Shown piece after piece: positions 20,581 through 29,679 of a stretch of DNA of 64,000 nt. The notes below the pieces were generated by a model. It was not told the DNA's origin. It made no database searches and was given only the letters and a program-made list of their open reading frames with translations. Source of the stretch: an uncultured delta proteobacterium (GTDB taxonomy: Bacteria > Myxococcota_A > Polyangia > Polyangiales > Polyangiaceae); assembly GCA_963806225.1 (NCBI GenBank), contig CAWDXG010000001.1, forward strand, positions 832,001 to 896,000, in the 5' to 3' direction. Made by a program: the position numbers and the translations under genes. The stretch's first letter is position 1. The number at the start of each line of letters is the position of its first letter.

Positions 20581-20670
20581 CGCAAGACTTGCGTCCCGTT
20601 GTGCACAGCGCGACAGAAAATCGGCTTTCCCATGCGGAGCCAGGTCCGGCCCCCCGGCACGTTGATTGCT
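20581..20670 (+). promoter_or_regulatory. Sigma54-type promoter with upstream CGCA-N5-TGCG site
   Basis: CGCAAGACTTGCG at 20581-20593; CGGCACG-TTGA-TTGCT with GG at 20656-20657 and GC at 20668-20669. Confidence 0.7.
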
Positions 20671-20701
20671 TGCCCCGATACGAGTCGAACCTGACCAGCG
20701 C

Positions 20702-21728
20702 ATGAGCCCTGTCGATCAGAGCCTCCCCGGGTCTCCACGGTGGGAGCAGCATCCGGTCGTGGTGCAGTGGGAGCTCGCTGCGGCGCGCGGTGCGACCGTT
20801 CGCAAACCGGCCTGGCAGACGCTCGCCGGGGGCAGTCGGGAGCTCGACACACTCGAAGCCGAGCGGATGGTGAGAGATTCTCGCTGCAGCCGGCGTGTCG
20901 GTGCTCACGCTCGCGTGGCACGGTGGAGCGCTGCGCGACGACCTTTGTGCGTTGGTGCGACTCGCCGAGCGGCACGGGCTCGAGACCTGGCTCCGGAGCC
21001 GCGGCGGCGATGCGCTCGACCTCGAGCTGGCCCAGGAGCTGGCCGCTGCCGGGCTGGAAGGCTTTTCGGCGGCAGTCGACGCCCCCGTTTCCCGTGAGCA
21101 GGAGGACAAGTCCTTTGCGGCATTCCGCGTGGCGGAGGCCGCTGGGCTGTCGCTGTGTGCGGAAACGGCGGTGAACCGACGGAACATCGAGCTTCTGTCG
21201 ACGATCCGCACGACCGTGAGCGCTCTGGGCGTGGTGTGCTGGCATCTCCACTACCCGGTGTCGGATCCCGCCGCGATGCCGACGGCAGAGCAGGTCGAGC
21301 GGTCGCTCAGCGAGCTCGCGGAGGTCGAGCAAGAGCTGGGCTTCTGGTTGGAGCTGACCGCTGCGCCGCAGTACCAGCGTATCCGCACTGCGCTGGGCCT
21401 GAAAGGCAAGAGTCGCGCGCGCGCGCTGGGCGATGGGCGGGGTCTGATGTTCGTGTCGTACTGCGGTGACGTTTTTCCCAGCGCCGAGCTTCCCGTTCCC
21501 TGCGGGAACCTGCGCATGCACGATCTGCTCGACGTGTACCGCTTTCACCCTACGTTCCGAACGCTGCGCGACTCCAGCATGCTGCACGGCCGGTGCGGCG
21601 CCTGTGAGTACCAGCGGACCTGCGGTGGGTCCCGCGCGCGCGCCTACGCGCTCGAGGGCAGTCTGTTGGGGGGCGATGCGCTCTGCATCCACTCGCCGCA
21701 GGCGCTGTCGCGCAGGAGCTTCCCCTAG
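20702..21728 (+). CDS. Degenerate radical SAM/SPASM homologue (NirJ/Ahb/TIGR04053-like) lacking CxxxCxxC; frameshift near 20880
   Basis: PVVVQWEL..ELDTLEA N-terminus; DGRGLMFVSYCGDVFPS, CGACEYQRTCGGSRARAYA...DALC C-terminus. Confidence 0.75.
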
Positions 21729-21748
21729 GGTCGACCCCGGTCCCGCGG

Positions 21749-21868
21749 CTCCTGGCGGCAGCGGGGCTGCTCGACGGGCGGCGCGCGACGACGCATTGGG
21801 CCTCGTGCGACGCGCTGGCGACTCTCTTTCCACAGGTGAGCGTGGAGCCGGACGCGATCCAGGTGCGC
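21749..21868 (+). pseudogene. Internal fragment of a DJ-1/PfpI domain (GlxA/FtrA-type AraC regulator)
   Basis: Translates LLAAAGLLDGRRATTHWASCDALATLFPQVSVEPDAIQVR; no start codon or rest of gene. Confidence 0.75.
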
Positions 21869-21989
21869 GTTCCGGCGCCTGGACGGTTCGGTGCAGCTTG
21901 ACGGGGACCAGCGCGAAGCTTCGCTTTCCTGAGCTCTCGAACAGCCGGCGATCGGCGACCAGACGGTAGAGCGGAAGCTCCCTGCCCGG

Positions 21990-22196
21990 GTTCCGACGCT
22001 GATCACCGCCGGCACGAACGACGTCGCCACCCCGCCCGCCGTGATGCAGCGCCTCCACCGCCGTATCGCGAAAAGCGACTACGTCCTCGTCGAACGCGGA
22101 ACGCATTACACGCCGCTCGAATATCCGGCAGAGGTGAACGAGGCGATCGAGCGGTTCCTTGTGGAGCGCGTGTTCGGGGAGAGCTTTCGGCAGTGA
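21990..22196 (+). pseudogene. C-terminal fragment of an alpha/beta hydrolase
   Basis: VPTLITAGTNDVATP...ERGTHYTPLEYPAEVNEAIERFL*; in-frame stop at 21930, nucleophile region absent. Confidence 0.75.
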
Positions 22197-22348
22197 GCGG
22201 CGGCGCGTCGAGCGGAACATGGCGTCCGAAACCGCGATCGGGGGCGGCGACGACCCATTGCCAAGTGCCCGGCGTTCCGGCTATTCAGATTGGTTAGGGC
22301 GCCCGATGGCGCGTCCTCCCTGCGCTTCTCAACCAAGGATCATCAGCC

Positions 22349-22912
22349 ATGAGAAAAGCATTCATTGCGTTGTCTCTCGTTCTATCCGCGATGGCCGGCG
22401 TGGCCGCGTGCAGCAGCAGCAGCAACAACGGCGGTTCGGGTGGCGGTACCGGCTGTCCTGGCCCCGGCTCGTGTGCTGCGATGGACCAGTGCGTGCAGGC
22501 CCACTGCGAAAGCAAGCTGCAGGCCTGCGCAAGTCCTTGCTCGGCCATGATCTCGTGTGAGAACAAGTGCGGCTGCAGCAACACCTCGTGCATCGGGAAC
22601 TGCGGCCAGCAGATGACCCAGGCCTGCTCGAGCTGCTACCAGGATGTCACCACTTGCGTGCAGCAGAACTGCGCCAACGTGAGCTGCGGCACGGGCGGCA
22701 CGGGCGGTTCGGGCGGTTCGGGCGGTTCGAATGGAACCGGCGGGACGCCGGGCGTGGACGGTGGCGGTGCCACGTGCGCGGACCTGGCGGCGTGCTGCGC
22801 GCAGCTGCCGGCCGCTGATCAGCAGAGCTGCAACTCGATCGTGTCGAACGGCAACGATTCGGTTTGCGGTCAGGCCCTGAGCGGCTTCAAGGCGGGCGGT
22901 CTCTGCCACTGA
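22349..22912 (+). CDS. Cys-rich lipoprotein
   Basis: Lipobox VAAC, Gly linkers, helical Cys repeats (CVQAHC, CIGNC, CVQQNC), C-terminal CADLAACC. Confidence 0.85.
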   Translation: MRKAFIALSLVLSAMAGVAACSSSSNNGGSGGGTGCPGPGSCAAMDQCVQAHCESKLQACASPCSAMISCENKCGCSNTSCIGNCGQQMTQACSSCYQDVTTCVQQNCANVSCGTGGTGGSGGSGGSNGTGGTPGVDGGGATCADLAACCAQLPAADQQSCNSIVSNGNDSVCGQALSGFKAGGLCH

Positions 22913-22937
22913 AGTCGTCGTCGTGCGCTGCCGTCGA

Positions 22938-22970
22938 GGGGGCCCGGAGCCAATTTCGATCCGGGCCCCC
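22938..22970 (+). terminator. Hairpin, putative terminator
   Basis: GGGGGCCCGGA / TCCGGGCCCCC 11-bp stem 25 nt after the stop; T-rich run about 20 nt downstream. Confidence 0.5.
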
Positions 22971-23015
22971 GGCGCGAGCGTGGGCGGCTTGTTTTTCTTC
23001 TTCGCGCTGCACGTC

Positions 23016-23213
23016 ACGGGTCGAGGCGTGCAGCGAGAAGCCGCCCAGGCTGGCGCACGGCGCCTTGGTGTGGAGGAGCTCGGCTCTGCCGCGCAGCGTG
23101 ATGGGATCCCGCTGGCGCAGCGCGGGGCCGGCAGGTGCGACGCCGAGCGTGGAGGCAGCGGCGGACTCGGCGAGCGCGGGCTCGCTCTCGGCGAGCGTCG
23201 CGTCCGGCCTATC
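23016..23213 (-). mobile_element. Remnant of an IS91-like (Y2 rolling-circle) transposase
   Basis: EPALAESAAASTLGVAPAGPALR...CASLGGFSLHASTR resembles the segment preceding the Y-x2-R-P region of IS91-like transposases; no ends or catalytic Tyr seen. Confidence 0.6.
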
Positions 23214-23349
23214 GGACGATGAAGTCCGACGCGAATCGCTTGGCAAGAGTGCGCCTGCCATTCGTCGGTGTGACTCCACTTCCGGGCGGAGCGATGGGCT
23301 TCGCCTCGATGCGGTTCAAGATCAGCGAGCACGGTCCCCGGACAGCTCC

Positions 23350-23418
23350 AACACGACGGCCCATGATGAGCCGAGCGAGGACGGAAATGATCGCCAACAC
23401 GAGCAGCACGTGGAGAAG
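23350..23418 (-). pseudogene. C-terminal half of a small lmo0937/DUF5670-like membrane protein
   Basis: LLHVLLVLAIISVLARLIMGRRV; first helix absent. Confidence 0.45.
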
Positions 23419-23557
23419 GGCGGGGCGCGCGCGGGCGCGAGGATCCCGGGTTCTAGCTCCTCCGGCGGACGTGGATCCCGGGATGCAGCGATGCGCCGCA
23501 CGGGGTCGTCGTGGATCCGTCGCGAGGGTTCGTGATCGTGGGATGCTCCGACGGCGT

Positions 23558-24349
23558 TCAGTGAGCCGTCTGCGCGGCGCGCTGGGGCAGGAGCCAGATG
23601 CAGCCGAGGATGAAGACGATCAGCGCGCCCGACGCGGAATAGCGGCTCAGGGCGAGCCCGCCGGAAGCGTGCGGCTTGTCGAGGAAGTCGCCGACCACGG
23701 CGCCGAGCGGCCGCGTCAGGATGAACGCAGTCCAGAACAGCACCGTGCGCGAGACGCGCGTGAAGAAGTAGAACCCCGCCACCACCACGAGCAGCACGAC
23801 GAAGATCCCCACGCCCCCTAGGTAGCCGAGCCCGACCGAGTCGGCGGTCCAGTCGCCGAGCGCGGTGCCCAGCGTCTGCGAGAACATGACCGTCACCCAG
23901 TAGAACGTCTCCGAGCGCGGGTTCGAGACGCTCTCGACCGACACCGAGCCCATCACGAAGCGCCAGATCGCCAGCGACGAGAGCAACAGCACAAGGAGCA
24001 GCGACGATCCGCCCGCGTAACCGATACCGAGCGACCGATCGGCAAAGTCCGCCATCGTCGTGCCGACCGTGGTGGTGGCGATGATCGTCACCCAGTAAAT
24101 CACCGGATGGAAGCGCGGCGCCTTGATCTGCACGACCACCGCGACCAGGAACACGACGGCGAAGATCGCCGTCCCGACCAGATAGCCGAGCTTCATCGAC
24201 ATCGAGACCGCATCGCCCCCGGTCTCGCCCAGCGTGGTGGCGGCGATCTTGAGCATCCAGAAGAGGAGCGTCACCTCCGGAACCTTGGCCAGCGCGGGCG
24301 TCGTGGCCTCGGGCGTCGTGCTCGTCACGGGTTGGGGCAAGGATGGCAC
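23558..24349 (-). CDS. COG4705/DUF347-repeat membrane protein
   Basis: KVPEVTLLFWMLKIAATTLGETGGD, TLGTALGD, FILTRPLGA. Confidence 0.88.
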   Translation of the reverse strand: MPSLPQPVTSTTPEATTPALAKVPEVTLLFWMLKIAATTLGETGGDAVSMSMKLGYLVGTAIFAVVFLVAVVVQIKAPRFHPVIYWVTIIATTTVGTTMADFADRSLGIGYAGGSSLLLVLLLSSLAIWRFVMGSVSVESVSNPRSETFYWVTVMFSQTLGTALGDWTADSVGLGYLGGVGIFVVLLVVVAGFYFFTRVSRTVLFWTAFILTRPLGAVVGDFLDKPHASGGLALSRYSASGALIVFILGCIWLLPQRAAQTAH

Positions 24350-24441
24350 CAGGCACTAGCGTGCGCTACGGCGAAGCATCTGCGATAGAGCTCGTGGCCC
24401 ATGACCTGCACTGGCAGCACTCGATGCGAGAGCAGCTCTAC

Positions 24442-24747
24442 TCAAGCCGGCACGAGGCGGATCGCCTTTTCGGGGCAGGCCACGACGCACAGGCCGCACG
24501 CCCGGCACGCGCCCGCGCGCGGCGTATAGGCGGTCATGCGCCCGTGGGCGCGGCTCTTCAGCTTCATGAGGAAGGAGAGCGCCGCGAAGTCCGCATTCTC
24601 GATGCGCCGCACCTCGAACACGTTGTACGGGCACACCGCGTCGCAGTTCTTCTTGCCTTCGCAGCGCGAGCGCTCGACCACGGGCACGAAGCTCCCCGGC
24701 TCCGCCCGGCACTTCTCGCCGGGGGCTCGGGGGGTCGTCCACGTCAT
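24442..24747 (-). CDS. Dicluster ferredoxin
   Basis: CEGKKNCDAVCP and CRACGLCVVACP; ATGA overlap with the upstream gene. Confidence 0.85.
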   Translation of the reverse strand: MTWTTPRAPGEKCRAEPGSFVPVVERSRCEGKKNCDAVCPYNVFEVRRIENADFAALSFLMKLKSRAHGRMTAYTPRAGACRACGLCVVACPEKAIRLVPA

Positions 24748-26006
24748 TTCGGCGTGAGCTTCATGATGCCGTTGTCCGTCGTCCAGTAGATGCTCGTTGC
24801 AGTGACGGCGATGCTTGTTGGATTGGCCTGTCCTGCCACGAGTTGGACGGCATTGCCGCCGGTGCGTGCTGCCTTCATGACTGTGCCGGAAGGATCGCGT
24901 GTCACCCAGTAGACGCTGTTGGCGTCGACGGCCACGCCATCGGCGTGACTCTGGTTGACGGCGAGGGGGGTGAGGTTGCCGCCCCCCAACGCGACCTTGT
25001 ACACCGTGCCTTCCGCGAAGCTCGTCCAGTAGACGTAGGTCGAGTCGAGGGCGATCCCGCTCGGCGAGCCGCCTCCCGTGGCGAGCTTGATAGGGGAGCC
25101 TCCGCCGAGCGGGACCTTCATCAGGGTACCATCCCCCGAGTTGACCCAGTACGCGTCGACGGCGTCGACGGCGATGGCCGAGGGACCGTTCTGTCCCGTT
25201 GCCAGGACACTGTACGAACCACCCGAGAATTTCGCGATGCTGTTGCCGGAATAGTTCGTCCAATAGGCGCCTGAAGCGTTCGCCGCAATCGACCGAGGCG
25301 TTCCCTGGTTCGTCGCGATCACGGTGGGCCCGCCTCCCGCCTTGGATTCCTCGCTGACGGTTCCGGCGTAGTCCGTCCAGAACACGTTCGACGCGTCGAC
25401 GGCGATTCCGTCAGGAGACGGCAACTTGTTCGCGAGCGCGGTCGTTTGGCCTCCACCGACGGGGACCTTGTCGACGAATCCGCTGGGCTCGGTCCAGTAG
25501 ACGCTCGTGCTGTCCACAGCGAGGTCCCGGGGCGCTCCCCCGGCAAGTTGCACCAGGCATCGGCCATCGACGCAGCTCCCGGCGCACGTGACGTTGCAGC
25601 CCCCGCAGTTGTTCTTGTCAGACGTGGTGTCGACGCAGGCCCCGCTGCACACCGCTCCGTCGTTGGGACAGGCGCAGGCGCCGTTCTGGCAGGCGATGCC
25701 GGAAGGGCACGCATTGCCGCACTTGCCGCAGTTCTTCTCGTCCTGCTGGGTGTCCGTGCACACCCCGCCGCACAGTGTGCCCGCGCAGCCGTCCGGGCCG
25801 GCGTCAGCACCAGCCTGACCCGCGCCGCCACCTCCCATGCCTGCTGATCCGCTGGCCCCCCCTGTGGCGACACCTCCAGAACCTCCACCACCCGCGGAGG
25901 CATCGGTTCGGCCATCCTTGAAATCGCCGAGGCCGAGGACCGAGCTACAACCCACGCCACACGCGAGCAGACAACTTATTGCAGAGAAGAGAAGAACCGA
26001 CCGCAT
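24744..26006 (-). CDS. Lipoprotein with Cys-rich repeats and YWT beta-propeller (DUF5050-like)
   Basis: Lipobox GVGC; CxDTxxDxxNCGxC x2; repeated IAVDxxxVYWT. Confidence 0.85.
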   Translation of the reverse strand: MRSVLLFSAISCLLACGVGCSSVLGLGDFKDGRTDASAGGGGSGGVATGGASGSAGMGGGGAGQAGADAGPDGCAGTLCGGVCTDTQQDEKNCGKCGNACPSGIACQNGACACPNDGAVCSGACVDTTSDKNNCGGCNVTCAGSCVDGRCLVQLAGGAPRDLAVDSTSVYWTEPSGFVDKVPVGGGQTTALANKLPSPDGIAVDASNVFWTDYAGTVSEESKAGGGPTVIATNQGTPRSIAANASGAYWTNYSGNSIAKFSGGSYSVLATGQNGPSAIAVDAVDAYWVNSGDGTLMKVPLGGGSPIKLATGGGSPSGIALDSTYVYWTSFAEGTVYKVALGGGNLTPLAVNQSHADGVAVDANSVYWVTRDPSGTVMKAARTGGNAVQLVAGQANPTSIAVTATSIYWTTDNGIMKLTPK

Positions 26007-26512
26007 CGCATCCCCGTAAGGCGAGGTACGCGAGCGCTCCCGGCTCGCGTCGTCACCACAAAACAGAACAGGCCAAATCGCTATACTTCCCCTGAGCGCG
26101 GGAGTCCATCTGCGCCAAAGCGCATCCTTGGGGCGCCCCTGGAACGAGTGCACCGGGAGACCCACCGGGCCTTGGGTGGCTGGAGGAGGCTGGTCACGAA
26201 TCGTTCGATCGTTTCGAGTGTGATCGTTCTGCCTTTCTTGTCATGCTCGCCGGTTGCAGCCAGGCGCGTTGGCGTCGCATCCGGCCCTGCGCGCGCGCCT
26301 CCGCACGAGCGCGCCCCCTCCGGTCAGATCCCGGCCCTCGCGAGCGCGCGTTCAATGCACGTCGACCTGCGCGAGGCCGAGGCGGAGCCCGCGTTCGGAC
26401 ATCTGGATCGCCTGCTGGGCTCCCTATGGAAGCTCACGCATTGAGCCTCCGCGCCGCCCCGTTCCTTGACAGATCCCGCCCCCGAAGGGCGACCCCGCAG
26501 GCTGCGGTCGGT

Positions 26513-27688
26513 TCAGAGCGGCACTGGGACCAGACCGCTGTGCTGGGCGGTTGTCCCGTCGCCGAGCTGTCCGGCGGAGTTGTCGCCCCAGCACACCACC
26601 GAGGCGTCGGCGAGTACCGCGCATCCGAACCCGACGCCAACGTCCAGATCTTTCGCGCCGCTCACGCCTTTCACGGGACGGGTGGCCCCGGTCTTGTCCC
26701 AGCACTCGATGCTGTCGCTGTCCAGCAGCGCGCAGGCCTCTAGCGGACCCACAGCGAGCTTCCGTGCCGGTCCGGTCAGCTGGATCTGCGATGGAGCCTG
26801 ACCGCAACCGCCCTTGCAGTCGGGGTCCAGACTGCCCCAGCACAGCACGCTGCCGCCGGAACGGAGCGCACAGCTCTCGTTGCCGCCGGCCGCCACGTCG
26901 GTCGCGCCGCTGAACGGCGCCAGGGCGTTGCCATCGGAAGCGCCGAGCTGCCCGACCGAGTTGTCACCCCAGCAGAACACGCCACCTTCCACCACGGCGC
27001 AGCTGTGTCGGGCGCCCACAGCGACGGCGGTGGCTCCCTGCACCGGATGGGCTGGATCTCCGAGTTGGCCCACGTCGTCGAGCCCCCAGCACGCAACGCC
27101 TCCGTCTTCGAGCAGGGCACAGCTGTGGGTCGTCCCCGCGGACAGCGAGCGGGCACCGCTCACGCTGCCCACGGTCACCGGCGCGACGCTGTATCCGCCG
27201 GTCGGAACCGCGCTGCTGCCGAGCTGTCCGTACGAATTGTCACCCCAGCATCGCACCTCTCCGCCCAGCAGGATCGCGCACGTGTAGCCCGCGCCCGCCG
27301 CGAGCGCGCGCACGGTGTCGAGCCCTTCGACCTCCGCGGGCGGCGCGACCGGCGGCGGAAGCCCGCCATCGGTTCCTGCGTCGGGCCCAGCATCGGGTGA
27401 AAGCCCCGCGTCGAGGGTTGTGCCGCCTTCGGTCCCGGCGTCGGCGGTCGCCCCCGGTGCACGCCGTCCGAGCCGTCCGCGTTCGTCCAGCCCCCAGCAT
27501 TCCGCCCGCCCCTTGTCCAGGAGCGCGCAGGCGTGGTCGAGACCCGTGGCTATCCCTGTTGCCCGGGCCTTGCCGTGTAGGCCATTGCAGGCGGGAAGCA
27601 CGGTCCCGACGAGCACAGAACCCAGGACCACCCCGAAACGCTTGCAGTTCTGCGGCATGCGATGCATCAAGGGTAGCACTAGTGCCAC
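26513..27688 (-). CDS. RCC1/BLIP-II repeat lipoprotein
   Basis: Repeated HxCA...VxCWGDNxxGQLG; start uncertain. Confidence 0.88.
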   Translation of the reverse strand: MALVLPLMHRMPQNCKRFGVVLGSVLVGTVLPACNGLHGKARATGIATGLDHACALLDKGRAECWGLDERGRLGRRAPGATADAGTEGGTTLDAGLSPDAGPDAGTDGGLPPPVAPPAEVEGLDTVRALAAGAGYTCAILLGGEVRCWGDNSYGQLGSSAVPTGGYSVAPVTVGSVSGARSLSAGTTHSCALLEDGGVACWGLDDVGQLGDPAHPVQGATAVAVGARHSCAVVEGGVFCWGDNSVGQLGASDGNALAPFSGATDVAAGGNESCALRSGGSVLCWGSLDPDCKGGCGQAPSQIQLTGPARKLAVGPLEACALLDSDSIECWDKTGATRPVKGVSGAKDLDVGVGFGCAVLADASVVCWGDNSAGQLGDGTTAQHSGLVPVPL

Positions 27689-27769
27689 AGTTTGAGGCCG
27701 GGCTTTGCGGGCCGGCGCTTGAAGGGTGTCGCAATAGAGGTAGCCGATGCCGGTGCGAAGGCGAAAGCC

Positions 27770-28396
27770 GTGAAGTGGGCCGAAATCGCGAAATCAGTAC
27801 TGCTGCTGTTCGTGATCCTGAATCCGTTCGCGTTGTCGGTCTACCTCATCGACATGCTGCAGAACCGTTCAATCCGCACTCTTTCGGGCGTGCTGCTCCG
27901 GGCCACGACCATCAGCGCCATCGTGTTCTCGCTGTTCGCCTGGGGCGGCGATCGCATCTTCGCGGACGTGCTGCAAGTGCGCTTCGCGGCATTCCGGATC
28001 TTCGGCGGACTCGTATTCGTGATCATCGCGCTTCGCTTCATGGTGTCAGGAGGCGAGGCGCTGGTCAGTCTGCGTGGCGAGCCCGAGCATCTGGCGGGTA
28101 CGATTGCCATGCCCTTCATGATCGGACCAGGCACCGTCAGCGCGGCTGTGGTGGCGGGCGCGCGGCTTCCGCTGGGCCAGGCCATCCTGTCGATCGTCAC
28201 GGCCCTGGCGTTGACCGTACTCTCGCTGGTGCTGCTCAAGTTAGGCTTCGACCGCATCCGGGAGCGGAATAGCCGTCTCATCGAGCGCTACGCTGATCTC
28301 GCGAGCCGCATCGCCGCTCTGTTGATCGGCACGATCGCCGTCGAGATGGTGCTTGACGGAATAGGCAGCTTCGTTCGCTCGATGTCCGGATCGTGA
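27770..28396 (+). CDS. MarC family membrane protein
   Basis: LFVILNPF, AFRIFGG, AMPFMIGPGTVS, IAVEMVLDGI. Confidence 0.88.
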   Translation: MKWAEIAKSVLLLFVILNPFALSVYLIDMLQNRSIRTLSGVLLRATTISAIVFSLFAWGGDRIFADVLQVRFAAFRIFGGLVFVIIALRFMVSGGEALVSLRGEPEHLAGTIAMPFMIGPGTVSAAVVAGARLPLGQAILSIVTALALTVLSLVLLKLGFDRIRERNSRLIERYADLASRIAALLIGTIAVEMVLDGIGSFVRSMSGS

Positions 28397-28415
28397 TTCG
28401 GCTATACTCCGCTCG

Positions 28416-29675
28416 ATGTATGACGCGATCGTAGTGGGAGGCGGCCCCGCCGGAGCGACGACGGCCACGCGCCTGGCCCAGGCTGGGCGGCGTGTCGTGT
28501 TGCTCGAGCGCGAGTCTTTTCCACGCTTCCATATCGGAGAGTCCCTGCTGCCCTGCAGTGTGCCACTGTTCAAGAAGCTCGGGGTGGGAGACGCGATAGC
28601 GAGCGCGGGCTTCCTGCCGAAGCACGCCGCCGAATTCGTCACTGCCGATGGTTCGCTCGCGCGCCGCTACCCCTTCGCCGATGGGCTGGTGCGCGGAATC
28701 GACTCGGCCTACGAGGTCGACCGCGAACGCTTCGACGAAATCCTGTTGGACAACGCCCGGAAGCAGGGCGTGGAGGTGCGGCAGCCTGCCGAGGTGCGCA
28801 GCTTCGACATCGGGGCGCATCGCGTGGACGTCGAGCTGCGCACGGGAGACACGCTGTCGGGTCAGGTGCTCGTCGACGCCACCGGGCAGCGTTCGCTGGT
28901 CGCCGGCCGGCTCGGCCTCAGGCAGATGGACGCGGAGCTCAAGAATTTCGCCATCTACTCCCACTTCGAGGGTGCCAAGCGCGGCAGTGGCGACCGCGAG
29001 GGAGACATCACCATCGTGCTCGTACCGGACGGCTGGTGGTGGGTGATCCCGCTCGCCGGAGGTCGGACCAGCCTCGGCAAGGTGGCTCCGTCGCGAGCGC
29101 TCGGCGGGCGCCGTGCGGACGAGAGCTACCTCGACGACGAGCTGGCGGCGACGCCCTACCTGCGCGAGCGGTTTGCCGGTGCGAAGCGCTCGGCGCCGGT
29201 CAGGACCACGTCCGACTACTCGTACCGGAGCACCCGGTTTGTCGGGGACCGGTGGCTGCTATGCGGGGATGCCGCCGCTTTTCTCGATCCGGTCTTTTCC
29301 AGTGGCGTCTACCTCGCCAACGCTGGCGGCTTCCGCGCGGCCGAGGCTATCGATCGGGCGCTTTCGCGCGGGCGGCTTTCGCGCCGCTCGTTCAGGCCCT
29401 ACGAGCGCTGGCTCGAGCACGCGCTCGGGACCTATCGCCAGTTCGTTAGAGGGTTCTACAGTCCCGAGTTCGTCGAAATCCTGATGCGGCCCAGCGATGC
29501 GCTGGGGCTGCGGAAGGCCGTGACCTCGTTGCTGGCGGGGGAGGTGGACCGTTTCTCCATCGCCTGGCGCATCTGGGTGCTCCACGCCATCGTTCGCGCC
29601 AATCGCGACTGGAATCTCGCGCCGCGTATCGAGGGGCGGCGGGAAGCGGCCGCCCGATTCGACCGGGAGGCGTGA
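28416..29675 (+). CDS. Flavin-dependent halogenase-like oxidoreductase
   Basis: GGGPAG, FPRFHIGESLLP, WWWVIP (WxWxIP), GDAAAFLDPVFSSGV. Confidence 0.82.
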   Translation: MYDAIVVGGGPAGATTATRLAQAGRRVVLLERESFPRFHIGESLLPCSVPLFKKLGVGDAIASAGFLPKHAAEFVTADGSLARRYPFADGLVRGIDSAYEVDRERFDEILLDNARKQGVEVRQPAEVRSFDIGAHRVDVELRTGDTLSGQVLVDATGQRSLVAGRLGLRQMDAELKNFAIYSHFEGAKRGSGDREGDITIVLVPDGWWWVIPLAGGRTSLGKVAPSRALGGRRADESYLDDELAATPYLRERFAGAKRSAPVRTTSDYSYRSTRFVGDRWLLCGDAAAFLDPVFSSGVYLANAGGFRAAEAIDRALSRGRLSRRSFRPYERWLEHALGTYRQFVRGFYSPEFVEILMRPSDALGLRKAVTSLLAGEVDRFSIAWRIWVLHAIVRANRDWNLAPRIEGRREAAARFDREA

Positions 29676-29679
29676 CGAT

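Noticed and set aside
26090..26190. Possible riboswitch or tRNA-like structure
   Set aside because: No recognisable conserved riboswitch or tRNA motifs by eye; would need a covariance-model search
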